Assembly (NCBI GenBank): GCA_963823555.1
Contig: CAWGMA010000002.1
Coordinates: 192,001 to 256,000, forward strand
Length of the DNA stretch: 64,000 bases
From: Candidatus Eiseniibacteriota bacterium
Lineage (GTDB): Bacteria; Eisenbacteria; RBG-16-71-46; CAVPCR01
Reading direction: 5' to 3'
The translations under genes and the position numbers were made by a program. This document shows positions 48,859 to 57,446 of this stretch, piece after piece; the stretch's first letter is position 1; each line of letters opens with the position of its first letter. The notes under the pieces are model-generated. The model worked only from the letters and a program-made list of their open reading frames with translations, ran no database searches and was not told where the DNA came from.

Positions 48859-50135
48859 GCGCCACTCTCAAGCGGCCGCGGTTCCTGCTGGCGGGCCTCG
48901 TGGCGGTCGTGGCCGTTCTTCTGGCCGTCCCGGCGGGGGCCGACCTCCTCGTGCCCATGGAACTCGCGCAGACCGATCATCTCAAGGCCTATGGGCTTGC
49001 CTACTGGGTCCTCGAGCGGGGCGAGTCGGTCGAGTGGCTGCTCAACTACCGCGGCGGCTCCTTTCTGCTTCCGGATGGCGAGTCGGTCGTCCGTCAGGCT
49101 CGAGTCATGGGGGTTCACGTCGAACCCGTCGGGGCGGGCGATGTCACCCAGATTCACACCGAGATCGAGGCATCCAACATGGAGGTCGTGCTGCTCGAGA
49201 CAGCGCCCCGGGTGGCCATCTATGCTCCACCGGGATTCGAGCCCTGGGACGATGCCGTCACCCTCGCTCTCGACTACGCCGAGATCGAGTACACCGTGAT
49301 CTACGACGAGGAGGTGCTCGCCGGCGATCTCGACAAGTACGACTGGCTCCATCTCCACCACGAGGATTTCACCGGGCAGTACGGCAAGTTCTACGCCGGC
49401 TTCCGCAATCAGGAGTGGTACCAGCAGCAGAAGCGCCTGGCCGAGGAGCTCGCCCGGCGCGCCGGATTCGCGAAGGTCTCGCAGCACAAGCTCAGGGTGG
49501 CGGAGACGATCAAGGACTACATCGCTCGCGGCGGCTTCATGTTCGCGATGTGTTCAGCCACCGATACCTTCGACATCGCCCTGGCCGCGCACAGCACGGA
49601 CATCTGCGCCAAGATGTTCGACGGTGACCCGCCGGAGTCGGGCTGCCAGGCCAAGCTCGATTTCGAGGCGACGCTGGCCTTCCACAACTTCGTTCTCGAG
49701 ATGAACCCCATCGTGTACGAGTACTCGAACATCGATACCTCGGACTACCGCGTGGCGCGCGGTCCGGAGGCCGACTACTTCACGCTCTTCGAGTTCTCGG
49801 CCAAGCACGATCCCGTGCCGACCATGCTGACCCAGGACCATGTGGCGGTGGTGAACGGCTTCTTCGGTCAGACGACCGGGTTCCGGAGGAAGACGATCAA
49901 GGAGGCGGTCATCATCCTGGCGGAGACCGAGGGCACGGACGAGGTCAAGTACCTGCACGGGAACTACGGGCAGGGAACCTTCACCTTCTACGGCGGGCAC
50001 GACCCCGAGGACTACCAGCATGCCGTGGGTGATCCGCCCACCGACCTTTCGTTGCACAAGAACTCGCCTGGCTATCGGCTCATCCTGAACAACATCCTCT
50101 TCCCGGCCGCTGAGAAGAAGGAACAGAAGACCTAG
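48855..50135 (+). CDS. Conserved secreted protein of the FCB family often auto-labelled 'asparagine synthetase B'; function unknown
   Basis: Signal peptide; HLKAYG, WLLNYRGGSF, WDDAVT, HLHHEDFTGQYGKFY, FAMCSATD, GHDPEDY and SPGYRLILNN. Confidence 0.75.
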   Translation: MSATLKRPRFLLAGLVAVVAVLLAVPAGADLLVPMELAQTDHLKAYGLAYWVLERGESVEWLLNYRGGSFLLPDGESVVRQARVMGVHVEPVGAGDVTQIHTEIEASNMEVVLLETAPRVAIYAPPGFEPWDDAVTLALDYAEIEYTVIYDEEVLAGDLDKYDWLHLHHEDFTGQYGKFYAGFRNQEWYQQQKRLAEELARRAGFAKVSQHKLRVAETIKDYIARGGFMFAMCSATDTFDIALAAHSTDICAKMFDGDPPESGCQAKLDFEATLAFHNFVLEMNPIVYEYSNIDTSDYRVARGPEADYFTLFEFSAKHDPVPTMLTQDHVAVVNGFFGQTTGFRRKTIKEAVIILAETEGTDEVKYLHGNYGQGTFTFYGGHDPEDYQHAVGDPPTDLSLHKNSPGYRLILNNILFPAAEKKEQKT

Positions 50136-50187
50136 CCTTCTCCCGGTGGGTCGGCCGTCGGGCTGTAACTCCTAATTGGGCATTGCG

Positions 50188-50217
50188 TTGACACGATATC
50201 CCGGAGTCTGCTAGCCT
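50188..50217 (+). promoter_or_regulatory. Sigma70-type promoter
   Basis: Perfect TTGACA, an 18-bp spacer and an extended -10 TGcTAGCCT. Confidence 0.65.
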
Positions 50218-50294
50218 CAGGGTCCGTGTTGGCACCCGCGCCCGGTCGGGTCGTGGCCGGAAACGGATGGTATGCAGGGAGGGGAGGTTGCCGC

Positions 50295-50489
50295 ATGGAG
50301 CAGTTCAAGTTTCCGGAGTGCCTGAAGTGCGCGACCGGGGTGCTGATCCCGCTCTCCGACTACGGTCGCGAGGGAGCACCGATCACCTACAAGGCCTGGG
50401 TTTGCACGAATCCCGACTGTGGGTTCAACGTTCGCATCGACAACGGTGAGATCAGTCTCGGACGCATGATCGGTTCCTCCACGAAGTAG
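50295..50489 (+). CDS. Small (64-aa) zinc-ribbon-like protein
   Basis: CLKC...WVCTNPDC; GGAGG RBS; host-like codon usage. Confidence 0.75.
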   Translation: MEQFKFPECLKCATGVLIPLSDYGREGAPITYKAWVCTNPDCGFNVRIDNGEISLGRMIGSSTK

Positions 50490-50511
50490 GCCCTGTCCCG
50501 GTCAGTGACCA

Positions 50512-51213
50512 GTGATCAAAGCGGTCTTCTTCGATCTCGACAACACGCTCACCGACTTCATGCGCATGAAAGACCTCGCGGTCGAGTCGGCCATCCGTGG
50601 CATGGTCGATGCCGGCCTCAGCATGCGCCCCGAAGAGGCTCGCCAGAAGATCTACGCGGTCTACGATCGCGAGGGGATCGAGAACCAGCAGGTCTTCGAT
50701 CTCTTCTTGCAGCAGGAGCTCGGCGAGATCGACCACAAGATCCTCGCTGCCGGCATCGTGGCCTACCGGCGGGTGCGAGATTCGGCGCTCGTTCTCTACC
50801 CTCACGTGCAGATCACGCTGGTCGAGCTCCTGAAGCGCGGGCTCCGGCTGGCCGTGGTCAGCGACGCACCAAAAGCACAGGTCTGGCTCCGCCTCTGCTA
50901 CTTGAACCTGCATCATGTCTTCGAGCTGGTCATCACCTACGAGGACACGCGGGAGCGGAAGCCCTCACGCGCCCCGTTCGAGGCGGCGCTCGCCGGACTG
51001 GGGCTCGCCCCCCAGGAGGTCCTGATGGTCGGGGACTGGCCCGAGCGGGACATGGTCGGTGCGCACAACGTGGGCATCCGCACCGTCTTCGCGCGCTACG
51101 GCGACACCTTCGGCACGACGACATCGGGCGCCGATTTCGAGATCGACGATGTGTTCGATCTGGTCGCGATCGTCGATCGATTGAATGCCGGCGACGCGGA
51201 GCATCGGGGATGA
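50512..51213 (+). CDS. HAD-superfamily hydrolase (TIGR02253-like)
   Basis: FFDLDNTL, VVSD, RKP and MVGDWPERD. Confidence 0.9.
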   Translation: MIKAVFFDLDNTLTDFMRMKDLAVESAIRGMVDAGLSMRPEEARQKIYAVYDREGIENQQVFDLFLQQELGEIDHKILAAGIVAYRRVRDSALVLYPHVQITLVELLKRGLRLAVVSDAPKAQVWLRLCYLNLHHVFELVITYEDTRERKPSRAPFEAALAGLGLAPQEVLMVGDWPERDMVGAHNVGIRTVFARYGDTFGTTTSGADFEIDDVFDLVAIVDRLNAGDAEHRG

Positions 51214-51800
51214 CCTCGCGCGGTGATGCATCCGGCGCCTCCGCCGCCCCCATCGATGCCGCGCAACTCCTCGCCGCTTCGCGGCGCGCGCTCGCCCGCT
51301 TCCCGCAAGCGCTCGGGGCCCTGGTCGCCGATCTCGACCCCGACCCGTGGCGGGCCCGTCCGGCCCCGGGGCGTTGGGCCCCGCTCGAGATCGTGTGCCA
51401 CCTGCGCGACGAGGAGGCGGAGGATTTCGGGGCCCGCCTGCGCGTCGCCGTGGCCGGCAGCGGGCGCTTTGCGCCGATCCGACCCGCCGAGTGGGTGACC
51501 GAGCGCCGCTATCTCGATGACGACCCGGAGCGTGCGCTCGCGGCCTTCCGCGACCTGCGGCAGGGCCATCTGGGTTTCCTCGCGGAGCTTGAACCGGTCC
51601 CGGAGAAGCTACGTTCCACCGGCGAGTCTCCAGGCGGTCTCGTCCTGTCCGGGCTCGATGTGCTCGCCGCCTGGGTCGCACACGACCGCCTCCACCTCCG
51701 CCAGCTCGCCGGCACCCTGGCTCGCATCTGGGCCGCGAACTGGGACCCGCTCCGCTCCGATTACGCCGGCGAGCTTCCGTATCCACCGCCGGAGGAATGA
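51210..51800 (+). CDS. DinB-family protein
   Basis: W..LEIVCHLRDEE.EDF and WVAHDRLHLRQL. ATGA overlaps on both sides. Confidence 0.82.
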   Translation: MTSRGDASGASAAPIDAAQLLAASRRALARFPQALGALVADLDPDPWRARPAPGRWAPLEIVCHLRDEEAEDFGARLRVAVAGSGRFAPIRPAEWVTERRYLDDDPERALAAFRDLRQGHLGFLAELEPVPEKLRSTGESPGGLVLSGLDVLAAWVAHDRLHLRQLAGTLARIWAANWDPLRSDYAGELPYPPPEE

Positions 51801-53767
51801 ACGTGAACGGCCGGGATGCTCGTCTGGATCTCGGCATCGCTCTCCTCATCGCGCTCGCCGCATTCGCGGCTCTGACTCCTCTCGTGCAGCGTGACATCGG
51901 CTGGGTCGACTCGGTCGAGCTGGCGCTCGCCGGCCAGGGGCTCGGCGTTCCCCATCCCACGGGATACCCCCTCTATGCCTTGCTGGCCCGGCTCGCCGCG
52001 GCCGCAGCGGCGAGGGCCGGCTTCGACCCGGCCTTCGGGGTCAACCTGCTGTCGGCCCTGTTCGCGGCGGTCGCGGCCGCGCTCACCTATGGGCTCGGGC
52101 GCCGGCTCGGGTTCAGCGTGGTCGCGGCGGCCGCGGCGGCGCTCCTCCTCGTGGGCGCCCGCGACTTCATCGCGCAAGCCACGGTCGCCGAGGTGTATAC
52201 GCTTCATCTCCTCCTGGTCGTGCTGCTCTTCACGCTCGCACTCGATGCCGCCGGGAGCGGGCGCGCCCTCCTCGGCGCGGCGTTCGTGCTCGGTCTCGGC
52301 CTGGCCCACCATCTCACGATCGTGCTGGCAGTCCCCGCGCTTGCCGTGCTGCTCATCCGCCGCCGCCAGGCGGTGCCACGCCTCGCCCTCGGACTGGCGC
52401 TCGCGCTTCCGCTCACGCTCTATCTCGTCCTCCTGACTCGCTCGGCCCTCGATCCGGCGCTCGACCTGGGCGATCCCGAGACGGTCCCGCGTCTCCTGTC
52501 GCACGTGAGAGGCCGACAGTTCGGTTACCGCCTCCTCACCTCGGAAGCGGCCTACGCCTGGGCGGAAACGGGGCGGTTCTTCCACCTGCTGGTCGCGCAG
52601 TGGTCGCCGGTGGCGATCCCTTGGATCGTGCTCGGGGCGGTGGTGATGGCCACCGGATCGCGACTTCACCGCCGCGTTCTTGCCGCCCTCTTGCTCCTCG
52701 TTGCCGCCGTCGTCGCCCACGCCGTGGCGTATCGCATTCCCGACAAGGAGGCCTACTACCTTCCGGTCTATCTCGTCGCGGCCCTCCTTGCCGGTGCCCT
52801 GGCCCACGTGCTCCTCGTGGCGACGAGCCGGAGTCGTCACGGGCGTGCCGTCCTTGCCTATCTGGTGATCGCTCTGTCGCTGTGGCCGTTCATCGGCCAC
52901 CGGCATGGAGGCGACCGTCACGCCGATCACTCGCTGGCCGATCTCGCGCTGGAAGTGGGACGCCGCACGACAACCGGCAGTCTCATCCTTTCGGATGACA
53001 CCAGTGTCTTCTTCGCTCTGCGCTACTTGCAGGAAACGGGCCGCATGCCTGAGGACCGCACGATCGTTGCGGAGTACTTTCTCCCTCTGCCATGGTACGC
53101 GGCATCCCTCTCTGCGCTGGACCCGGCCCTGCCCGCGGAAGTCGCCGCGCATGCCGCCGATCGCAGCGGGCTGCAAGGCCGCGCGCTCGGTGATCGACTG
53201 GCCCAGGACTCGCGCGAGCTCGCCGCCGGGGTGGTGCGGCGTGCCGTCGGCCAGCGCGACGTGTTCGTCTACTTCCATGACTTTGCCACCGAAGCGACGA
53301 GCTTCGCCGGTCTGGCGCTGGCCGATCGCGGGCTCGTCTATCAGGTGGAGGGGGAAGACCGGGCCGAAAGGAGCCTCCCTGACGCCGAATTCGCCCGCTT
53401 CGCGTCCTACCGCGCCGACCGGCGGCGGACGGCGGAGGAGGGGGCGGTGGCGCGGCGATACGCCGTGGCCGCCAATCGCGCCGGCATCGCCCGGGTGAGC
53501 GCCGGAGATGCCGGGGGTGCGGAGCGAGAGTTCCGGAAGGCGCTCATCCTCGATCCGGACTATGCTCAGGCCTGGTTGAACCTCGGTCTTCTTCGCGCCG
53601 ATTATCTCGAGCGCCCGGCCGAGGCCCGCGCGGCGTGGCAGCGTTTCCTCGAGTGCGCGCCGGATGCGCCGGAGGCCCCTGCGGTGCGTGCGCGTCTCGG
53701 GAATCTCGCCGTGCCCGGCACGACAGGGGCGGGGTCGGGCGAGGGGGAAGACGAAGGGCGCGAGTGA
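51797..53767 (+). CDS. DUF2723/TMEM260-like GT-C membrane glycosyltransferase with C-terminal TPR
   Basis: DS.EL......LGVPHPTGYPLY, A.VAEVY.L, GL.LAHH and YYLP; TPR tail. Confidence 0.85.
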   Translation: MNVNGRDARLDLGIALLIALAAFAALTPLVQRDIGWVDSVELALAGQGLGVPHPTGYPLYALLARLAAAAAARAGFDPAFGVNLLSALFAAVAAALTYGLGRRLGFSVVAAAAAALLLVGARDFIAQATVAEVYTLHLLLVVLLFTLALDAAGSGRALLGAAFVLGLGLAHHLTIVLAVPALAVLLIRRRQAVPRLALGLALALPLTLYLVLLTRSALDPALDLGDPETVPRLLSHVRGRQFGYRLLTSEAAYAWAETGRFFHLLVAQWSPVAIPWIVLGAVVMATGSRLHRRVLAALLLLVAAVVAHAVAYRIPDKEAYYLPVYLVAALLAGALAHVLLVATSRSRHGRAVLAYLVIALSLWPFIGHRHGGDRHADHSLADLALEVGRRTTTGSLILSDDTSVFFALRYLQETGRMPEDRTIVAEYFLPLPWYAASLSALDPALPAEVAAHAADRSGLQGRALGDRLAQDSRELAAGVVRRAVGQRDVFVYFHDFATEATSFAGLALADRGLVYQVEGEDRAERSLPDAEFARFASYRADRRRTAEEGAVARRYAVAANRAGIARVSAGDAGGAEREFRKALILDPDYAQAWLNLGLLRADYLERPAEARAAWQRFLECAPDAPEAPAVRARLGNLAVPGTTGAGSGEGEDEGRE

Positions 53768-53835
53768 GGAAGTGGGATGCAGATGAGCCTGCGTTCGCGG
53801 TGGCGATGTGGGTGAGCCCACCCAGCGACGAGTGC

Positions 53836-53865
53836 TTGAATCCACCTGTATTCCCGCGGTAGAAT
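53836..53865 (+). promoter_or_regulatory. Sigma70-type promoter of the cyclic-nucleotide module
   Basis: TTGAAT-N18-TAGAAT, about 60 bp upstream of ATG 53925. Confidence 0.55.
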
Positions 53866-53924
53866 GAAGATCACGCAGGGCGGGTTTCCCGCCCTTTTCC
53901 CACAGCCGCGCCTGGGTCCAATCC

Positions 53925-55289
53925 ATGCAGGCTCATCTCACCCCAGATACCTCTGCGCTCACCCTCGATGACGGATCCAGGGTCGCCGTCGTGGGTGGCG
54001 GACCTGCGGGTTCGCTCTTCGCCTATTTCCTCCTCACCTTCGCCGAACGCGCTCGCCTCGAGCTCGAAGTCGAGATCTACGAGCCGCGTGATTTCTCGAG
54101 CCCGGCTCCGGCCGGCTGCAACATGTGCGGCGGCATCATCTCCGAATCGCTGGTGCAGATGCTCGCCACCGAGGGGATCGAGCTCCCGGGGAACGTCGTC
54201 CAGCGCGGAATCGACTCCTACGTGTTGCACATGGATGTCGGTACGGTGCGCATCGACACGCCGCTCCATGAGATGCGTATCGGGGCCGTGCATCGCGGGG
54301 CGGGGCCTCGCGACTTGAAGACGCCCAAGTGGGGTAGCTTCGACGGCTATCTCCTGTCCCTGGCGGTCGCGCGCGGCGCGCGCGTCAACCGGGTCAAGGT
54401 CGAGCGTGTCGTGCGGCATGACGGCCGTCCCCGGCTCGAGCTGCGAGGAGGCGAGGTCCGGGACTGCGATCTGGTCGCGATCTGTGCCGGTGTGAACTCC
54501 GGCGCCGGCCTCTGCGAGCGCATCGATACCGGATATCGCGCCCCGCGTACCGGGAAGGCCTATATCCGCGAGTTCTATCTCGGCACCGACGGGGTCACGG
54601 CCGCCCTCGGCTCCTCGATGCATGTCTTTCTGCCCGAGATCCCGGAGATCGAGTTCGCCGCCATCGTGCCCAAGGGCGACTATGCGACGCTCTGCATGCT
54701 CGGCGACAACCTGGACAAGGAGACCGTCCAGCGCTTCATGGATACACCCTGGGTGCGCTCCTGCATGCCCCCGGGTGCCCATGAGACCCCATCATGCCAG
54801 TGCTCGCCGCGGCTGAGTCTGGCCGGTGCGAGGCAGCCGTTTGCCGACCGGGTCATCTTCGTCGGCGACAGCGGAGTGACCCGGCTCTACAAGGATGGTA
54901 TCGGTGCTGCCTATCGCACGGCCAAGGCCGCGGCGAGCACGGCCGTCTTCCAGGGCATCTCGGCCGATGCCTTCCGCCACCACTTCTGGCCCGCATGCCG
55001 CCGCATCGAGCATGATAATTTCCTCGGGCGCATCGTCTTCAGCGTCACCAAGGCTCTGCAGCGGACCGCGATCGGCCGCCGCGCCGTTCTCGAGATGACG
55101 CGGCGGGAGCAGGCCCGGGATGGGGCGCGGCGGCCGATGAGCCAGGTCCTGTGGAACGTCTTCACGGGGAGCGAGCCCTACCGCCAGATCCTCTTGCGTA
55201 CGCTCAACCCGTCGTTCATTGCGCGTCTCGTCGGCCACTTGGTTGCCGCCGTCCGTCCGGCCCGCCCGGAGGCTCGTCCTTCCCGCTGA
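53925..55289 (+). CDS. FAD-dependent oxidoreductase (geranylgeranyl reductase/FixC-like)
   Basis: VAVVGGGPAG, GCNMCGG, FD..L...A...GA and VGDSG.....DGI..A..T. Confidence 0.85.
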   Translation: MQAHLTPDTSALTLDDGSRVAVVGGGPAGSLFAYFLLTFAERARLELEVEIYEPRDFSSPAPAGCNMCGGIISESLVQMLATEGIELPGNVVQRGIDSYVLHMDVGTVRIDTPLHEMRIGAVHRGAGPRDLKTPKWGSFDGYLLSLAVARGARVNRVKVERVVRHDGRPRLELRGGEVRDCDLVAICAGVNSGAGLCERIDTGYRAPRTGKAYIREFYLGTDGVTAALGSSMHVFLPEIPEIEFAAIVPKGDYATLCMLGDNLDKETVQRFMDTPWVRSCMPPGAHETPSCQCSPRLSLAGARQPFADRVIFVGDSGVTRLYKDGIGAAYRTAKAAASTAVFQGISADAFRHHFWPACRRIEHDNFLGRIVFSVTKALQRTAIGRRAVLEMTRREQARDGARRPMSQVLWNVFTGSEPYRQILLRTLNPSFIARLVGHLVAAVRPARPEARPSR

Positions 55290-55299
55290 GGAGAACGTC

Positions 55300-55680
55300 A
55301 TGACCTCATCCGCACTCGGCCGCGATTACCGGGATGGCGAGATCATCGTCCGCCAGGGCGATGAGGGGGAGAGCATGTACGTCATCCAGGAAGGATCGGC
55401 CGAAGTCGTCATCGAGAGAGACGGCAAGGAGATCCTCCTGCGCGAGCTCGGCAAGGGCCAGTTCATCGGAGAGATGGGTATCTTCGGCCGGGACGTGCGC
55501 TCGGCCACCGTCCGCGCCAAGGGCCCCGCGCGCCTTCTCACCGTGGATCGCAAGACCTTCCTCCGGCGCATCCACGAGGATCCCTCGCTGGCCTTCCGCG
55601 TCGTCGAGACCATGTCACAGCGGATCCGCGAGCTGAGTGACGAGGTGGCACGCCTGCGACTCGAGGGTGGGCAGGACTGA
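55300..55680 (+). CDS. Stand-alone cyclic-nucleotide-binding domain protein (no HTH)
   Basis: I.RQGDEG.SMYVI..G and the phosphate-binding cassette FIGEMG......RSATVRA, followed by a C-helix. 126 aa; GAGGAG RBS. Confidence 0.92.
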   Translation: MTSSALGRDYRDGEIIVRQGDEGESMYVIQEGSAEVVIERDGKEILLRELGKGQFIGEMGIFGRDVRSATVRAKGPARLLTVDRKTFLRRIHEDPSLAFRVVETMSQRIRELSDEVARLRLEGGQD

Positions 55681-55683
55681 GGG

Positions 55684-56670
55684 ATGGCCGTGCTCCGTTA
55701 CCGGTCGCCGGTGTCCCCCGGGGCGCGATCGCTCTTGCTCGTAGCCGCGGAGGGTACGCCCCAGGAGCGGCGGTTCGTCTTCTACGAGCGGATCGAGATC
55801 GGGCGGCTGGTCGAAGGACGGCCGGAGGAGGAAGGCAAGCTCCTCATCGGCGATCCCACCGTGTCCGGCCATCACTGCATCATCCTGTGCGATCCGGATG
55901 GTCGCTGTTTCATCCGCGACACCAGCCGTAACGGGACCCGGGTCGATGGCCGGCGGCTCATTCCGAACCGCGAGGTCGAGCTGTTGCCCGGTCAGGCGAT
56001 CGGCGTCGGCGCCGAGGAGACCTTTCGCTTCATCGTGCCCGAGCGTCCCGATGCCGCGGCGACAGCCGAGCCCCGGTTCGGCACGCTGGCTCAGCCCTCG
56101 GTCGGACAGGTGTCGATCCTGGTCGGTGATATCCGGGGGTATACATCGCTGATCGAGCAGGTCGAGTCGTCGGTTCTCCAGGATGCGGTGTCACGGGTCT
56201 TCATGCAGCTCAAGAACGTGGTCCTGGCGCACGCCGGTCAGGTCAAGGAGTATCAGGGTGATTCCTTGATGGCGTTCTGGGAGGCGTTGAAGCAGAGCTC
56301 GCCGGCGGTGCCGGCATGCACGGCGGCTCTCACCCTGCACCGTGCCGCCCAGGAACTGGCCCGGGACCCGGCGATATGGCCGTTTCCCGCTCATCCCCTC
56401 CAGATGGACTGGGCCGTGACCACCGGAGCGGTGACGACCATCGTCCTCGGGGAGGACCGGCCCGAGGAGCTGTCGATGGTGGGCGAGCCCGTGGTTCTCG
56501 CGTACCGTCTCGAGAAGATCGCCGGCGATCGCACCGGCTCGATCCTGGCTTGCGAGAAGACCCGAGCCGCGGCGGAGGAGAGGTTCGTGTTCCAGGATCT
56601 CGGTCAGTTCTCGCTCAACGGGTTCAGTCGCGGCGTGCGGGCCTATGCGTTGCTGGGGGAGCGCTCATGA
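55684..56670 (+). CDS. FHA-domain class III nucleotidyl cyclase
   Basis: FHA motifs IGR, VSGHH and D.SRNGT; cyclase motifs ILVGDIRGYT, KEYQGDSLMAFW and VGEPVVLAYRLE. Confidence 0.9.
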   Translation: MAVLRYRSPVSPGARSLLLVAAEGTPQERRFVFYERIEIGRLVEGRPEEEGKLLIGDPTVSGHHCIILCDPDGRCFIRDTSRNGTRVDGRRLIPNREVELLPGQAIGVGAEETFRFIVPERPDAAATAEPRFGTLAQPSVGQVSILVGDIRGYTSLIEQVESSVLQDAVSRVFMQLKNVVLAHAGQVKEYQGDSLMAFWEALKQSSPAVPACTAALTLHRAAQELARDPAIWPFPAHPLQMDWAVTTGAVTTIVLGEDRPEELSMVGEPVVLAYRLEKIAGDRTGSILACEKTRAAAEERFVFQDLGQFSLNGFSRGVRAYALLGERS

Positions 56671-57431
56671 AGGTGACGGTCGTGGCCTCGTCCCCGGCGC
56701 AGCCTGTGGAGCAGCAGTACCTCACCTCCTTCGTTGTCGACCACCGCCTCGCCGTGGACGCTGGGTCGCTCGCCCTCCACGAGAGCCCCGAGGAGCAAGC
56801 GGCGGTACGGCATGTGCTACTCACCCACTCGCATGCCGATCACATCGGCTCGCTCCCCGTCTTTCTCGAGAACACGAGCTACCGGCGACAGGGGCCGGTG
56901 TCGATCCACGGCTCGCGGGCCACGATCGAGGCGCTTCGCGCCCACATCTTCAACGATCGCATCTGGCCCGATCTATCCCGCCTCAATACCGAGGACCACC
57001 GTCTCATCGAGCTCCGTGTGCTCGAGCCGGAGGAGCCGGTCGAGATCGACGGATTCCGCGTCACCCCGGTCGCGGTGAATCACACGGTGCCCACCTTCGG
57101 CTACATCATCGACAACGGCAGCGAAGCCGCTGTCTTCGGCGGGGATTCCGCGCCCACCGACCGTATCTGGGAGCTGGCCCGGCGCGCGTCCCGCGTCCGC
57201 GCCGCCATGATCGAGTGCACCTTCCCCGCGGCCATGAGTGCTCACGCCCTGCGCACCGGGCATCTCACGCCGCTCGAGCTGGCCGCCGAGATGGAGAAGC
57301 TCCCCTCCGGGACCGCCGTCATCGCCGTGCACATCCGGGCGGCGTTCCATCCGGTCATCCGGGACGAGCTCGAATCGATGCGGCGCCCGGAACTCGAGGT
57401 CGGGCGCGGCGGGGCGACCTACGCGATCTGA
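56667..57431 (+). CDS. Class II (MBL-fold) 3',5'-cyclic-nucleotide phosphodiesterase
   Basis: VDAG, THSHADHI, HIFNDRIWPD, NH.V, GD, IECTFP, GHLTP and a final H. ATGA overlap with the cyclase. Confidence 0.88.
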   Translation: MKVTVVASSPAQPVEQQYLTSFVVDHRLAVDAGSLALHESPEEQAAVRHVLLTHSHADHIGSLPVFLENTSYRRQGPVSIHGSRATIEALRAHIFNDRIWPDLSRLNTEDHRLIELRVLEPEEPVEIDGFRVTPVAVNHTVPTFGYIIDNGSEAAVFGGDSAPTDRIWELARRASRVRAAMIECTFPAAMSAHALRTGHLTPLELAAEMEKLPSGTAVIAVHIRAAFHPVIRDELESMRRPELEVGRGGATYAI

Positions 57432-57446
57432 TATCATCCCGCGACC

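Noticed and set aside
48855..50135. True asparagine synthetase
   Set aside because: It has a signal peptide and lacks the N-terminal Ntn Cys and the SGGLDS ATP-pyrophosphatase motif.
3479..53926. Long opposite-strand or alternate-frame ORFs (e.g. 3479-5254, 6226-8097, 17759-20746, 22882-25410, 30106-32361, 44253-46463, 51761-53926)
   Set aside because: They are shadows of real genes in high-GC DNA: Arg/Gly/Pro-rich, with no motifs, and overlapping well-supported CDSs.
53925..57431. Calling the module Pycsar or CBASS
   Set aside because: There is no TIR, TM or nuclease effector and no CD-NTase; a PDE is co-encoded and the context is housekeeping. A defence role is not excluded but is unsupported.
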